Translations under genes and position numbers: made by a program
Assembly: GCA_051955835.1 (NCBI GenBank)
Contig: JBQCGH010000110.1
Span: 39-64,038, forward strand
DNA length: 64,000 nucleotides
Source of the DNA: Gemmatimonadales bacterium
GTDB taxonomy: Bacteria > Gemmatimonadota > Gemmatimonadetes > Gemmatimonadales > GWC2-71-9
Direction: 5' to 3'
The notes under the pieces: model-generated
What the model was told of the DNA's origin: nothing
The model's input: only the letters and a program-made list of their open reading frames with translations
The model's database searches: none
Shown: one piece after another, positions 38,532-47,841 of the stretch
How positions within the stretch are numbered: position 1 is the stretch's first letter
Layout: the number at the start of each line of letters is the position of its first letter

Positions 38532-40106
38532 GTGAACCGACCACTGATTCGGCCTGCCCGGCACCTGAGCCAGCCTCCGGTGCATGCCCCGAACGCCGCC
38601 CTTCTGATCGACTTCGACAACGTCACCCTGGGCATCCAGAAGGACCTGACCAAGGAGCTCCGGACGCTCCTCAACAGCGACATCATCAAGGGCAAGGTGG
38701 CCGTCCAGCGCGCCTACGCCGACTGGCGTCGCTATCCGCAGTACATCGTCCCGCTGTCCGAGTCGTCCATCGATCTCATCTTTGCGCCCGCGTTCGGCTC
38801 GAGCAAGAAGAACGCGACCGATATCCGGCTGGCCATCGACGCGATCGAGCTGGTGTTCACGCGGCCGGAGATCGGGACCTTCATCCTGCTCTCGGGCGAC
38901 AGCGACTTCTCGACGATGGTGATCAAGCTCAAGGAATATGGGAAGTACGTGATCGGCGTGGGAATTCGGGAGAGCGCGAGCGATCTTCTGATCCAGAACT
39001 GTGACGAGTACTACTCGTACAGCGACCTGGCCGGCCTCACCAAGGAAGTCGACATCCCGTCGATCCAGCGCGATCCCTGGGAACTCGCGGGCGAGGCCGT
39101 GGCCCAGATGGCCCGCAACGGCGACGTTATGCGGTCCGATCGCCTCAAGCAGGTAATGCAGCAGATCGACCCCAACTTCGACGAGCGGAACGCCGGGTTC
39201 AACCGATTCAGCAAGTTCGTCGTCGAGGCAGGGCAGAAGGGCGTCGTGCAGGTCACCAAGCTGGACAACGGTCAGTACGAAGTGGCGCCGCCCGGCGGCG
39301 CGAGCGCGCCGGCGCGCCCGGCGCGAGAGACGGCCGAGGCGCCGCGCGAAGAGAATGGCCGACGCGGGCGTGGGCGCCGGGGACGTGGCCGCGACCGGGA
39401 TCGGGGAGCCGGTCGCGAGCGCACGGACGACGTGGCGGCCGAGGCGCCGCGCGAGCCGGCGGTGCCGCGAGCCCGCGCCGCCGACGGCAGCCTGTCGCTC
39501 GCCCGCGCGTTCCAGCTCATGAGTCAGGCGCTGAACGAGCTTCGGACGCCGGCGCCGCACGAGGCGCTGAGACTCCGCATGGTCGCCATGCACGGCCGTG
39601 AGGATCCGCTGCTCGACGCCAGTCGCTTTGAGCGGCTCCTACGGCAGGCCAACGATGCCGAGGTGGCGGACGTCCGCAAGGTGGGTGACGACGAATACGA
39701 GATCTCGCCCCACCGCACGGCCGTGCCGCCTGTCACGCGTGAAATGCCCGCGGTGACGCCGGCCGCCGCCAGCGCGCCAGAGGAAGCCGCCGCGGAGCCC
39801 GCGAACGGCCGGGACAACGGCCAACGGTTCGGCGTCCGGTTCCGGCGTGGCTCGCGGGCCCCGGCCCGGCATGGCGATGTCCCGCTGATCGGCGTGGTGC
39901 AGATGGAGCCCGCGGAGCCCAGCATGGTGGCAGTCGCACCGCCGGAGGCCGAGTCCGAAGCCGGAGCGCCAGCCAAGAAGCCGGCGCGCACCAGAACACC
40001 CAGAAAGAAAGCGGCCCATGCGGCAGAGAGCGGCTCCGGGGGAGAGGCCGCGCCCGCGCCGAAGCCACGCCGCCCACGGGCGCGGGTAAAGAAGAAGACG
40101 GAATGA
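38532..40106 (+). CDS. NYN (LabA/DUF88) domain protein with OST-HTH/LOTUS-like domain and basic tail
   Basis: ALLIDFDNV, RAYADW, KNATDIRLAID, LSGDSDFS, CDEYYSY; DPNFDERNAGFNRFSKF. Confidence 0.88.
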   Translation: MNRPLIRPARHLSQPPVHAPNAALLIDFDNVTLGIQKDLTKELRTLLNSDIIKGKVAVQRAYADWRRYPQYIVPLSESSIDLIFAPAFGSSKKNATDIRLAIDAIELVFTRPEIGTFILLSGDSDFSTMVIKLKEYGKYVIGVGIRESASDLLIQNCDEYYSYSDLAGLTKEVDIPSIQRDPWELAGEAVAQMARNGDVMRSDRLKQVMQQIDPNFDERNAGFNRFSKFVVEAGQKGVVQVTKLDNGQYEVAPPGGASAPARPARETAEAPREENGRRGRGRRGRGRDRDRGAGRERTDDVAAEAPREPAVPRARAADGSLSLARAFQLMSQALNELRTPAPHEALRLRMVAMHGREDPLLDASRFERLLRQANDAEVADVRKVGDDEYEISPHRTAVPPVTREMPAVTPAAASAPEEAAAEPANGRDNGQRFGVRFRRGSRAPARHGDVPLIGVVQMEPAEPSMVAVAPPEAESEAGAPAKKPARTRTPRKKAAHAAESGSGGEAAPAPKPRRPRARVKKKTE

Positions 40107-40717
40107 ACCGAACGAGCGGCACCCGACGGGCAGCGACGCTGCCCGTCTCGTTTTTCGACCGACCAACGGAGCACGTTGCGCGGGAGTTGCTGGGGGCAAC
40201 CGTGGTGTCGTCATTCGACGGCCGGCGTACGGCCGGCCGCATCGTCGAGACGGAGGCCTACCTTGGCTACGACGATCCGGCGTCGCATGGGTACCGGAAT
40301 CGCCGCAATGCAGGGAACGCATCGCTGTTCGGGCCGCCTGGAACCTGGTACGTCTATCTCTCTTACGGCATGCATTGGTGCGCGAATCTCGTCTGTGGCC
40401 CGGCGGGACGAGCCGGGGCGGTGCTGCTGCGCGCGCTCGAGCCACTCGAGGGGCTCACGATCATGCGCGAGCGGCGCGGCCCAGTGGCGGACCGCCAGCT
40501 GTGTTCCGGACCGGGGAAGCTGTGCCAGGCCCTGGCCATCACGCGCGACGAGGATGGGAAGGCCATGCCTCGCTCATCGGTTCGGGTGCTGGGCGACCAG
40601 AGCAGCGCGCTCCCGGCTGTGGTGACGAGCCGGATCGGCATCACCAAGGCCGCCGACTGGCCGCTCAGATTCGTGGTCGAAGGTTCGCCCTGGGCCTCGC
40701 GCACGGGCCACGCTTGA
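40103..40717 (+). CDS. DNA-3-methyladenine glycosylase (MPG/AAG family)
   Basis: GRIVETEAYLG..DPASH, YVYLSYGMHWCAN, AVLLRALEP, SGPGKLCQAL, RIGI. Confidence 0.93.
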   Translation: MNRTSGTRRAATLPVSFFDRPTEHVARELLGATVVSSFDGRRTAGRIVETEAYLGYDDPASHGYRNRRNAGNASLFGPPGTWYVYLSYGMHWCANLVCGPAGRAGAVLLRALEPLEGLTIMRERRGPVADRQLCSGPGKLCQALAITRDEDGKAMPRSSVRVLGDQSSALPAVVTSRIGITKAADWPLRFVVEGSPWASRTGHA

Positions 40718-40739
40718 GCGCTGCGGGACCAGAAAGCGA

Positions 40740-40772
40740 CGCGGGCGGCGAATCCTCGATTCGCCGCCCGCG
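40740..40772. terminator. Perfect GC-rich hairpin between convergent genes
   Basis: CGCGGGCGGCGAATC-ctc-GATTCGCCGCCCGCG. Confidence 0.7.
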
Positions 40773-40797
40773 CCCTGTTTCGCCGCTGCTCCGGTGA

Positions 40798-41472
40798 TCA
40801 ATAGCCCCCGGCGCGGACATCCTCCCGAGCGCTGCCGAGGCCGATGCGGAGGCCACCGGTGAACGTGTGAGTCGGCCCATCGAGGAGCCGGCCGAAGGCC
40901 ACCGGCGCGCCGTTCGCGTCGGTAACCGTCTTCTCCGAACCGCTGCTGGTGATCTGGTACTGACCGAACGCCATAAAGCGGCCAACTTGGAACTGGAGGC
41001 CACCGACGAAGGTCCCGAAGCCTGACGACCCGAGCTCGTTCGCATCGCTCTGAAAGCCGCTCGCCGGAGTCGGGTTCACCACGTGGATGATCCCGTAGCC
41101 GATGCCGAGGTAGGGCTGCGCGGCGGCCTTGATCGGGAAGGCCATGAGGACGGCCGAGTAGCGACGGATGTCGTTGAAGGTGACGAGCTGGGTTCCGCCC
41201 GCATCCGTGTAGGAGCTCTGCTCATTGCTGCCGACGCCCTCATCAAACGACAGCATGAGACCAGTACGCCGAGCCACGATGAGGGTGTGCCCGCCGAAGG
41301 TAGGAATCCCGCTGCGTCCCTGCTGCGGCGTCTTGAAGAAGGTGACACCTCCCTGCCCGCCGATGTACCACTGGAAGTTGCCATTCCCCGGCGCCTGGGC
41401 GACCAGGCGACCGGCACCGAGCGTCAGGGCCACGCCTACGGCCGACATCGATCGGATGAGCGTACGCATCAC
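40798..41472 (-). CDS. Small outer-membrane beta-barrel protein (OmpA/OmpW-like)
   Basis: Signal peptide, alternating Gly/aromatic strands (PYLGIGYGI, FVGGLQF, TFTGGLRIGL), GGAGGT RBS. Confidence 0.7.
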   Translation of the reverse strand: MMRTLIRSMSAVGVALTLGAGRLVAQAPGNGNFQWYIGGQGGVTFFKTPQQGRSGIPTFGGHTLIVARRTGLMLSFDEGVGSNEQSSYTDAGGTQLVTFNDIRRYSAVLMAFPIKAAAQPYLGIGYGIIHVVNPTPASGFQSDANELGSSGFGTFVGGLQFQVGRFMAFGQYQITSSGSEKTVTDANGAPVAFGRLLDGPTHTFTGGLRIGLGSAREDVRAGGY

Positions 41473-41807
41473 TGCCTACCTCCGTAAGGTGTCCGCGCCA
41501 GGCGGGTCCTGGCGGCTGCCGCGCTCGGTCGGCGCGGGTCCGTCAAAATGCGGAATCTGTCGGAATTCGCGGGATGGGAGAGGGAGCGGTGACCCGGCTA
41601 ACTACTTGCTGCTTGGCAGCTTATATAAGTAGTCGCCAGGCCGTCCCCACCCGTCGGAGGGCGTCGAGGTGCAAGGTCGGGGCCAAGGGAGACGATCGGA
41701 AAAGAGACGACAGAGGGTCAAGGCACGCGCAATGGGAGGGTGGTTCGACAGGGAAGTGGCAGTCGTCTCGACATCGCTCACTCGCCTGCTTCGCCCTACG
41801 CCTGCTT

Positions 41808-43007
41808 CTAGATCAGCTTCAGATTTTGCCCGACCTTGCGAAACGCCGCCAACGCCTCGTCCAGATCGTCGCGCGTGTGCGCCGCTGAGATCTGGCAGCG
41901 GACGCGGGCCTGTCCCTGAGGCACAACCGGAAACCCGAAGCCGGTGACGAAGACGCCCTCGGTCAGCAGCATATCGCTCATGCGAATGGCTGCGGCCGTC
42001 TCGCCGAGGATGACGGGAATGATCGGGGTCTCACCGGGAAGGGGCTTGAACCCCAGCTCGAGCAACCGGCCGCGGAAGTATGCGGCGTTGTCGCGCAGCG
42101 TTCGTACGCGCTCCGGATGGCCTTCGAGATACTCGACGCTGGCGAGCGCACTGGCGGCGACGGTGGGCGGCAGCGCGTTGGAGAACAACTGCGGTCGCGC
42201 GCGCTGGGTCAGGTAATCGCATAGCGCCGCCGAGCCCGCGACGAATCCTCCCGCAGCTCCGCCAAGGGCCTTCCCGAGCGTGGACGTGATGATGTCCACC
42301 TCTCCGAGGAGCCCGAAGTGCTCGGCCGTGCCCCGCCCGTTGGCGCCGAGCACCCCCGTGGCGTGCGAGTCGTCGACGACGAGCACCGCATCGTGCCGCT
42401 GGCACAGCGCCACCAGCTCGGGGAGGGGTGCAATCGACCCCTCCATCGAGAACACGCCGTCCGTGATGACCATGCGGGTGCGGCGGTCTCGCGCCGCGGC
42501 GAGCTTCTGCTCGAGATCCGCCAGGTCGGCGTGCCGGTAGACGGCGGTCTGGCACTTGACGATGGCCTTGGCCAGGCGGGCGGCGTCGATGATGGACGCA
42601 TGATTGAGCTGGTCGCTGATCACGATGTCCTGCTCGCCGAGCACCGTGGCTGGGAGCGCCTCGTTGGCATTCCACGCACTCACGAAGGAGAGCGAAGCCC
42701 CGGTACCGACGAGACGTGCGCAGGCGGCCTCGAGCGCCCGGTGCACGGTAAAGGTGCCACAGATGAAGCGGACCGAGGCCGTCCCGGCCCCCCAGCGGTC
42801 GAGGCCGGCCTTCCCCGCGGCGATCACTTCGGCCTGCGCGCTCAGGCCCAGATAGTTGTTGGAGGAGAGAATGATGATGTCGCCGCGGCCTTCCATGCGG
42901 ACCCTGGCCGCTTGCGGACTGTCCAGGTAATTCAGCCGCTTGTAGACGCCGTCGCGAATGAACTGCTCCAGCTCGGACTCGAGCCGCCCATCGAACGTGG
43001 TGCTCAT
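41808..43007 (-). CDS. kbl: Glycine C-acetyltransferase (2-amino-3-ketobutyrate CoA ligase)
   Basis: SSNNYLGL, ASVRFICGT, SDQLNHASIID, TDGVFSMEG, VDDSHATG, TLGKALGG; coupled to tdh. Confidence 0.93.
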   Translation of the reverse strand: MSTTFDGRLESELEQFIRDGVYKRLNYLDSPQAARVRMEGRGDIIILSSNNYLGLSAQAEVIAAGKAGLDRWGAGTASVRFICGTFTVHRALEAACARLVGTGASLSFVSAWNANEALPATVLGEQDIVISDQLNHASIIDAARLAKAIVKCQTAVYRHADLADLEQKLAAARDRRTRMVITDGVFSMEGSIAPLPELVALCQRHDAVLVVDDSHATGVLGANGRGTAEHFGLLGEVDIITSTLGKALGGAAGGFVAGSAALCDYLTQRARPQLFSNALPPTVAASALASVEYLEGHPERVRTLRDNAAYFRGRLLELGFKPLPGETPIIPVILGETAAAIRMSDMLLTEGVFVTGFGFPVVPQGQARVRCQISAAHTRDDLDEALAAFRKVGQNLKLI

Positions 43008-44044
43008 GCCGCAACCTCCAGAATTACCTTGCCGGCCTGACCATCCTTGATGACCTGGATGGCCTCGGCGATCGAGTCGAGCGGAAAACGGTGCGTGATC
43101 ACGGGGCGGGGATCCAGCTGACCAGCGCGGAGGAACCGGCGCATCGCCTCCCAGGTCTCGTACATCTTGCGTCCGGTGACACCATACAGCGTCAGGCCCT
43201 TGAAGATCACGTCACGCGCAAAATCAACCTCGGTCGTGCGGCGCGGGGTGGCGAGCAGGTTGACCCGGCCACCGAGCCGCGCGGCCGCGAACGCCTGGGC
43301 GTGACCGCTGGGGTGTCCGCTCATCTCGCACACCAGATCGACGCCGTTGCCGCCCGTGAGCTCCCGGACCCGGCCCAGCACATCATCGGTTCCGGGGTTC
43401 AGCGTGACGTGCGCACCCATCGTCTGCGCGAGGGTAAGGCGCATGGTGTTGAAGTCGCTCGCGATCACCAGCGACGCTCCCGCCGCGCGGGCGACGCCCA
43501 CGGCGAAGCAGCCGATCGGCCCGCAGCCGAGCACCAGCACCGTGCTTCCCGGGACGTCGGACTCGAGCACGGTGTGCACCGCGTTTCCCAGTGGATCCAT
43601 GATGGCGCCGACCTCGGTGGGGATCCCGTCCAGCCGCATGACGTTGGAGGCCGGCATCACGATGAATTCCGCGAAGGCGCCGTCCCGGTCCACGCCGATG
43701 ATCTGGGTCCGCTGACAAAGGTGGGCAGCGCCAAGCCTGCACTGAAGGCAGTGTCCGCATACGATGTGACCTTCGGCCGTCACCAGATCGCCCACGGCCA
43801 GTAGTCCGGCCGCGTCGGCTTCCCGGCCGAGCTGCACGATTTCGCCGGCGAATTCATGTCCGATGACGACGGGGGGCTTGAGTCGCTTGCTGGCCCAGCT
43901 GTCCCATTCCCATATGTGGAGGTCGGTCCCGCAGACGCCGGCGTGGTGGACGCGAATGAGGACATCGCTTGGGCCGCACGGTGGGACGGGCACGTCTTGG
44001 AGGGCCATCCCGGGGCCCGGAGCCGGCTTGACGAGGGCGCGCAT
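43004..44044 (-). CDS. tdh: L-threonine 3-dehydrogenase
   Basis: GVCGTDLHIWEWD, GHEFAG, AEGHIVCGHC..C.......C, DPLGNAVHT, GCGPIG, GVTGRKMYETW. Confidence 0.95.
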   Translation of the reverse strand: MRALVKPAPGPGMALQDVPVPPCGPSDVLIRVHHAGVCGTDLHIWEWDSWASKRLKPPVVIGHEFAGEIVQLGREADAAGLLAVGDLVTAEGHIVCGHCLQCRLGAAHLCQRTQIIGVDRDGAFAEFIVMPASNVMRLDGIPTEVGAIMDPLGNAVHTVLESDVPGSTVLVLGCGPIGCFAVGVARAAGASLVIASDFNTMRLTLAQTMGAHVTLNPGTDDVLGRVRELTGGNGVDLVCEMSGHPSGHAQAFAAARLGGRVNLLATPRRTTEVDFARDVIFKGLTLYGVTGRKMYETWEAMRRFLRAGQLDPRPVITHRFPLDSIAEAIQVIKDGQAGKVILEVAA

Positions 44045-44233
44045 CGAGCCTCGGAATGAAGTCGGGCGGAATATAGGGAGGGCAGGAAGACGCGGTAAGC
44101 GGGAGCGCCGGACGGATGGTGGTGAGGCGAGAGATAGTAAACGGCGAGCGATCAGGGGGCACGGCACACCAGACTAGGTGTGGCATTCCCGTCGACCGCT
44201 CACGACCTGTCCCCACTTTCCCTGTTCACGTAC

Positions 44234-44266
44234 AAACACCCCCGAACCGAGGTTCGGGGGCGTTTT
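44234..44266 (-). terminator. Intrinsic terminator after the small sigma54-driven gene (possibly bidirectional)
   Basis: Plus strand AAACACCCCCGAACC-ga-GGTTCGGGGGCGTTTT; gives a G-U pair on the minus strand. Confidence 0.75.
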
Positions 44267-44302
44267 CGGGCCGCCCTACTTAGCTGACGATCGGCCCTGT
44301 AG

Positions 44303-44470
44303 TCAGGCAGCCCGCTCGGCAGGAACGTGACGGTGCCAGTGATCGTCACCGGCCTCTTCATCGGCTGCCCACATGTAAGCCCAGAACCGGACTGGCTTCG
44401 GTGCCGGCGCCGCGTTCTTGATGACGATGCCTAGGGCGTAGCCGGGAACGGCACGTTGGGGTGTGCTCAT
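44303..44470 (-). CDS. Small hypothetical protein (55 aa), monocistronic
   Basis: MSTPQRAVPGYALGIVIKNAAPAPKPVRFWAYMWAADEEAGDDHWHRHVPAERAA; GAGGG RBS, own promoter and terminator. Confidence 0.7.
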   Translation of the reverse strand: MSTPQRAVPGYALGIVIKNAAPAPKPVRFWAYMWAADEEAGDDHWHRHVPAERAA

Positions 44471-44520
44471 CGTCGCGACCCTCATGGCCGGGGGATGCTG
44501 CGGCGAACGGGTAGGCAAAA

Positions 44521-44536
44521 AGCACTCCGCGTGCCA
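44521..44536 (-). promoter_or_regulatory. Sigma54 promoter of the 55-aa gene
   Basis: Minus strand TGGCAC-GCGGA-GTGCT; IHF-like inverted repeat AAGCCG-N11-CGGCTT at 44553-44575. Confidence 0.72.
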
Positions 44537-44604
44537 GGCGAAGTGCTTTGATAAGCCGATGCAGTACAACGGCTTCACCGCAGCATGGTCCCGTGGGCGC
44601 GTCG

Positions 44605-45486
44605 TTATGACGCGCTGGAGCGCCGAACCTCCGTGTGAGCGGGACACGGCGGGCTGGTCAACACCAGTCCGTCGGGTCGTCGTCCTCCCCCCGAACGACG
44701 CCGGCGCCGGCCCGCGCCATCCTCGAGCGTCCAACCCTCGTAATAGGCCAGCAAGGATTCGGGCGCAATGGAGGCGCAGCAAGGAAGGATCACATGGACA
44801 GCCGACGGGCCACTGCGCCGCTGCAGGTCGGCGATGAAGTTCATGCGGCAGGGGGTGCCCAGGTCGAGCAAGGCGCCAGGGTCCAGCACGACGAGGTCGA
44901 GCTCACGGGGAAGATCAACGAAGTCGGGGACACACGGACCCGTCTGCGCCACGTAGCCTTCAAACATGCAGCCCAGCGCCTCGGCCGCCATTCGAGACTC
45001 CACCCGCTCCACGCAGCCGAGATCGCCCGCGAGGAAAGTGACGGCGGTGTCGTGAGCCGCGAGCAGATAGGTGGCCGGCTCGGCCCCGATTCCGATCACT
45101 AGCGTGGCATCCTCCGGCTCCAGCCTCGGAAGCAGCCGAGCGATGGGGGAGGTGGACTCGAAGCCCCAGTGTGTCGGCGTTCGCTGAGCCTCACGCAGCT
45201 TGAGGAACTGGCGGCGCCAACGGCTGTAGGGCCGGAGCGAGAGCCGCTTCATGATGAGGCGGTCCACCGATTCCAGCATGAGCACTTCAGTCAGCAAGAA
45301 CTGGCCTTCGGCTCCGGTATGAAGCTCTGCCGCTGCCTCGTCGCCCAGGCGAAGCAGCTCGTCCCGGCCGATTGAATTCTTGTAGCCTTCGATCCGCTGG
45401 AGGATGTACTCCTGATAGTACTGCTTGTCGGAATACGGCGAGCGCCGGCGCTGCGAGCTGATTCGTGCCTGAGTAGCGCTCAGCAC
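44605..45486 (-). CDS. Hypothetical protein with helical N-terminus and degenerate methyltransferase-like C-terminus
   Basis: YQEYILQRIEGYKNSI.., ATLVIGIGAE..YLLAAHD..VTFL; realistic codon and amino-acid usage; start uncertain. Confidence 0.65.
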   Translation of the reverse strand: MLSATQARISSQRRRSPYSDKQYYQEYILQRIEGYKNSIGRDELLRLGDEAAAELHTGAEGQFLLTEVLMLESVDRLIMKRLSLRPYSRWRRQFLKLREAQRTPTHWGFESTSPIARLLPRLEPEDATLVIGIGAEPATYLLAAHDTAVTFLAGDLGCVERVESRMAAEALGCMFEGYVAQTGPCVPDFVDLPRELDLVVLDPGALLDLGTPCRMNFIADLQRRSGPSAVHVILPCCASIAPESLLAYYEGWTLEDGAGRRRRRSGGGRRPDGLVLTSPPCPAHTEVRRSSAS

Positions 45487-45690
45487 GCGGCCTCGGCACG
45501 ACCGGCGCGCGACGTCGGGAGAATGGAAGCGGAGTGGAAGAGAGGGGCGACGGAACGCATCGACTGCAAAGTCATACACCGGACGATTCGTGTCAATCCG
45601 AACCGCTCGGTCAGGCCTGCGGCACCCCTGCGGTGCGGCGTGACAGGACGTGCGGGGCACGCGCTTCGGTGTCGGAGCGGGGCGGGCCCG

Positions 45691-46845
45691 CTAGTCGGCC
45701 TGGACCAGCGCCCCTTTGAGGTATCCGGTTTCCGGGATCGTCAGCACCTCGGGGTGATCGATCCCCTGGCTCAGCACCCGGCGAAGGTGGATGCGCCGGC
45801 CGCTGTCGGCCGCCGCGTCGGCCAGCATTCGAAGGAACTCGGGAAGCCGGACGTGGAACGAGCAGCTCGCCGTGATCAGCATGCCTCCGGGGGCCAGGCA
45901 CCGCATGGCTCGGAGGTTGATCTCGTGGTACCCGCGAAGGGCGCCCGGCACGGCGCCGCGATTTTTCGCGAAGGCCGGCGGATCCAGCACCACGGTGTCG
46001 AAGCGCTCGCGAGCCCTGGCGAAGGCGCGGAGGCTTTCGAAGGCGTCGCCTTCGCGCCATTCGATATTGGCGAGTCCATTGAGCGCGGCGTTGGCGGTGC
46101 CGCGGTCGAGTGCGTCGCGGCTTGCGTCGAGCGCCAGGACGGTCGCCGAGCGCCGGGCCATATGAATCGCGAACGATCCATGGTAAGCGAAGCAGTCGAG
46201 GGCGCGGCCGCCGGCCGCCGCCACCTCACCGGCGAGCAGCCGGTTGGGCCGCTGATCCAGGAAGGCGCCTGTCTTCTGCCCGTCCCACGGCGCGGCGATG
46301 TATCGTACCTCGCCTTCGCGAGCCTCGATTTCGCGCGGCACGTGGCCACGCGCCAGTGTGACCGTCTGGTCGAGGCCCTCCCGGCGACGAACCGCCACGT
46401 CGTTCCGAAGGAGTATGCCCTCCGGTCGGAGCTCCGTGTCTACGGCGTCCACGACCATATCCCGCATGGTCTCCAGGCCGGCCGAGAGGATCTGCATGAC
46501 GATCCAGCGGTCGTAGCGGTCGACGACCAGCGCGGGAAGGCCGTCGCCCTCTGCGTGAACCAGGCGATAGGCGGTGGCATCGATGCCGGCCCGTCGGGCC
46601 GTGCTCGCGGCCAGGTGCTCCCTCCACCACGCGGCATTCACCGGGCGGTCGCTCCGCTCGACCAGGCGGAGCCGGATCTCGGAGCCGGGCGAGTGGAGGG
46701 CCTGGCCGATGAAGCGTCCCCGCGGATCGTGCACGGCCACGAGACCGGCCGGGGCGCCATCATCGCTCACTTCGCTGCGGTAAATCCAGGGATGCCCGCG
46801 CACCCAGCGTTCGGCGCCGCGCGCGGTCACGCGCACGTCGATCAC
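45691..46845 (-). CDS. RlmI/RlmK-family SAM-dependent rRNA methyltransferase
   Basis: GHPWIY PUA domain, RLVHAEGDGLP, GQKTGAFLDQR, LDCFAYHGSF, VLDPPAFAK, TASCS. Confidence 0.9.
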   Translation of the reverse strand: MIDVRVTARGAERWVRGHPWIYRSEVSDDGAPAGLVAVHDPRGRFIGQALHSPGSEIRLRLVERSDRPVNAAWWREHLAASTARRAGIDATAYRLVHAEGDGLPALVVDRYDRWIVMQILSAGLETMRDMVVDAVDTELRPEGILLRNDVAVRRREGLDQTVTLARGHVPREIEAREGEVRYIAAPWDGQKTGAFLDQRPNRLLAGEVAAAGGRALDCFAYHGSFAIHMARRSATVLALDASRDALDRGTANAALNGLANIEWREGDAFESLRAFARARERFDTVVLDPPAFAKNRGAVPGALRGYHEINLRAMRCLAPGGMLITASCSFHVRLPEFLRMLADAAADSGRRIHLRRVLSQGIDHPEVLTIPETGYLKGALVQAD

Positions 46846-47216
46846 GCCCGGTCGGGCCTGAGAACGGTGGCTCCCCGCAGGTAGCAGTGCTTGATTTCCG
46901 CCCGGCTTCGGGGCGTGTAGGCGTGGACGAGGAGGCGGATGCACATCGGGAGGGACCCGGGCACCGGGATCTCGGTGGCGTGCAGCAGGGCCACGATGTT
47001 CCACCCATACACCTCGGCGGCGCGGGCGGGAAAGGCGGCGTCGAGGTCCCGCGTCACGGTGAAGAGGCCGCTCACGATGTCGTCGGGAGAGATGTTGTTG
47101 GCCTCGATGAGCGTCCGGAGCAGCTCATCGGTAGCCTCGAGGATCTCGCCGGCATCGTTGCGGCTCACGGTCGTAGCACCACGGATACCTTGCAGCCGCG
47201 TCATGGGAGCGGTCAT
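46842..47216 (-). CDS. aroH: Chorismate mutase, AroH class
   Basis: GIRGATTV, FTVTRDLDAAFPARAA, EIPVPGSLPMCIRLL, HCYLRGATVLRPD. Confidence 0.93.
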   Translation of the reverse strand: MTAPMTRLQGIRGATTVSRNDAGEILEATDELLRTLIEANNISPDDIVSGLFTVTRDLDAAFPARAAEVYGWNIVALLHATEIPVPGSLPMCIRLLVHAYTPRSRAEIKHCYLRGATVLRPDRA

Positions 47217-47841
47217 GGCACCTAATGTAGCGGCATCGGTTCGGCTGATGCTCGTGACCGACGACCGTCTGATGGCGGGACGTGATCCGGTCGCGCTCGC
47301 GCGTGAGGCGGAAGCCGGGGGAGCGACCGCGGTCCAGCTCCGACTCAAGCACGTGAGCCCTCGAGAACAGGTCACGCTCGCCCGGGCGTTGGTCGCCGCG
47401 CTCCGGATTCCGGTCCTGCTCAACGACCGGCCGGACATTGCCATCGCGGCGGGCGCCGCCGGCGTGCATCTCGGACCGGACGACGTGGCCGTCGCGCTCG
47501 CGCGCGCCATCGCGCCGGCGGGATTCATCATCGGCGCGTCTGTCGGCTCTGAGACCGAGGCGGCCGCCGCGACCGATGCAGACTATTGGGGCATTGGCCC
47601 CTGGCGGGTGACCAGCACGAAAGTCGACGCGGGAGCGGCACTCGGCATGGACGGCTTTGCGCGGCTCGTGTCTCTTGCGTCGGGGAAGCCGTGCATCGCC
47701 ATCGGCGCCGTGCGGCCGGACGACGTACCGCTGGTGCGCGCGGCCGGGGGGGTTGGGGTGGCGGCGATCTCCGGCCTCCTTGGGGTAGTGGACGTGCGCC
47801 GGGCCGCGGTGGAGTACGCGAGCGCGTGGGGAGGAGGGTGA
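47215..47841 (+). CDS. thiE: Thiamine phosphate synthase
   Basis: LMLVTD, GGATAVQLRLK, LNDRPDIA, GVHLGPDD, IGASV, TSTK, AIGAV, GVAAIS; start uncertain. Confidence 0.88.
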   Translation: MAPNVAASVRLMLVTDDRLMAGRDPVALAREAEAGGATAVQLRLKHVSPREQVTLARALVAALRIPVLLNDRPDIAIAAGAAGVHLGPDDVAVALARAIAPAGFIIGASVGSETEAAAATDADYWGIGPWRVTSTKVDAGAALGMDGFARLVSLASGKPCIAIGAVRPDDVPLVRAAGGVGVAAISGLLGVVDVRRAAVEYASAWGGG

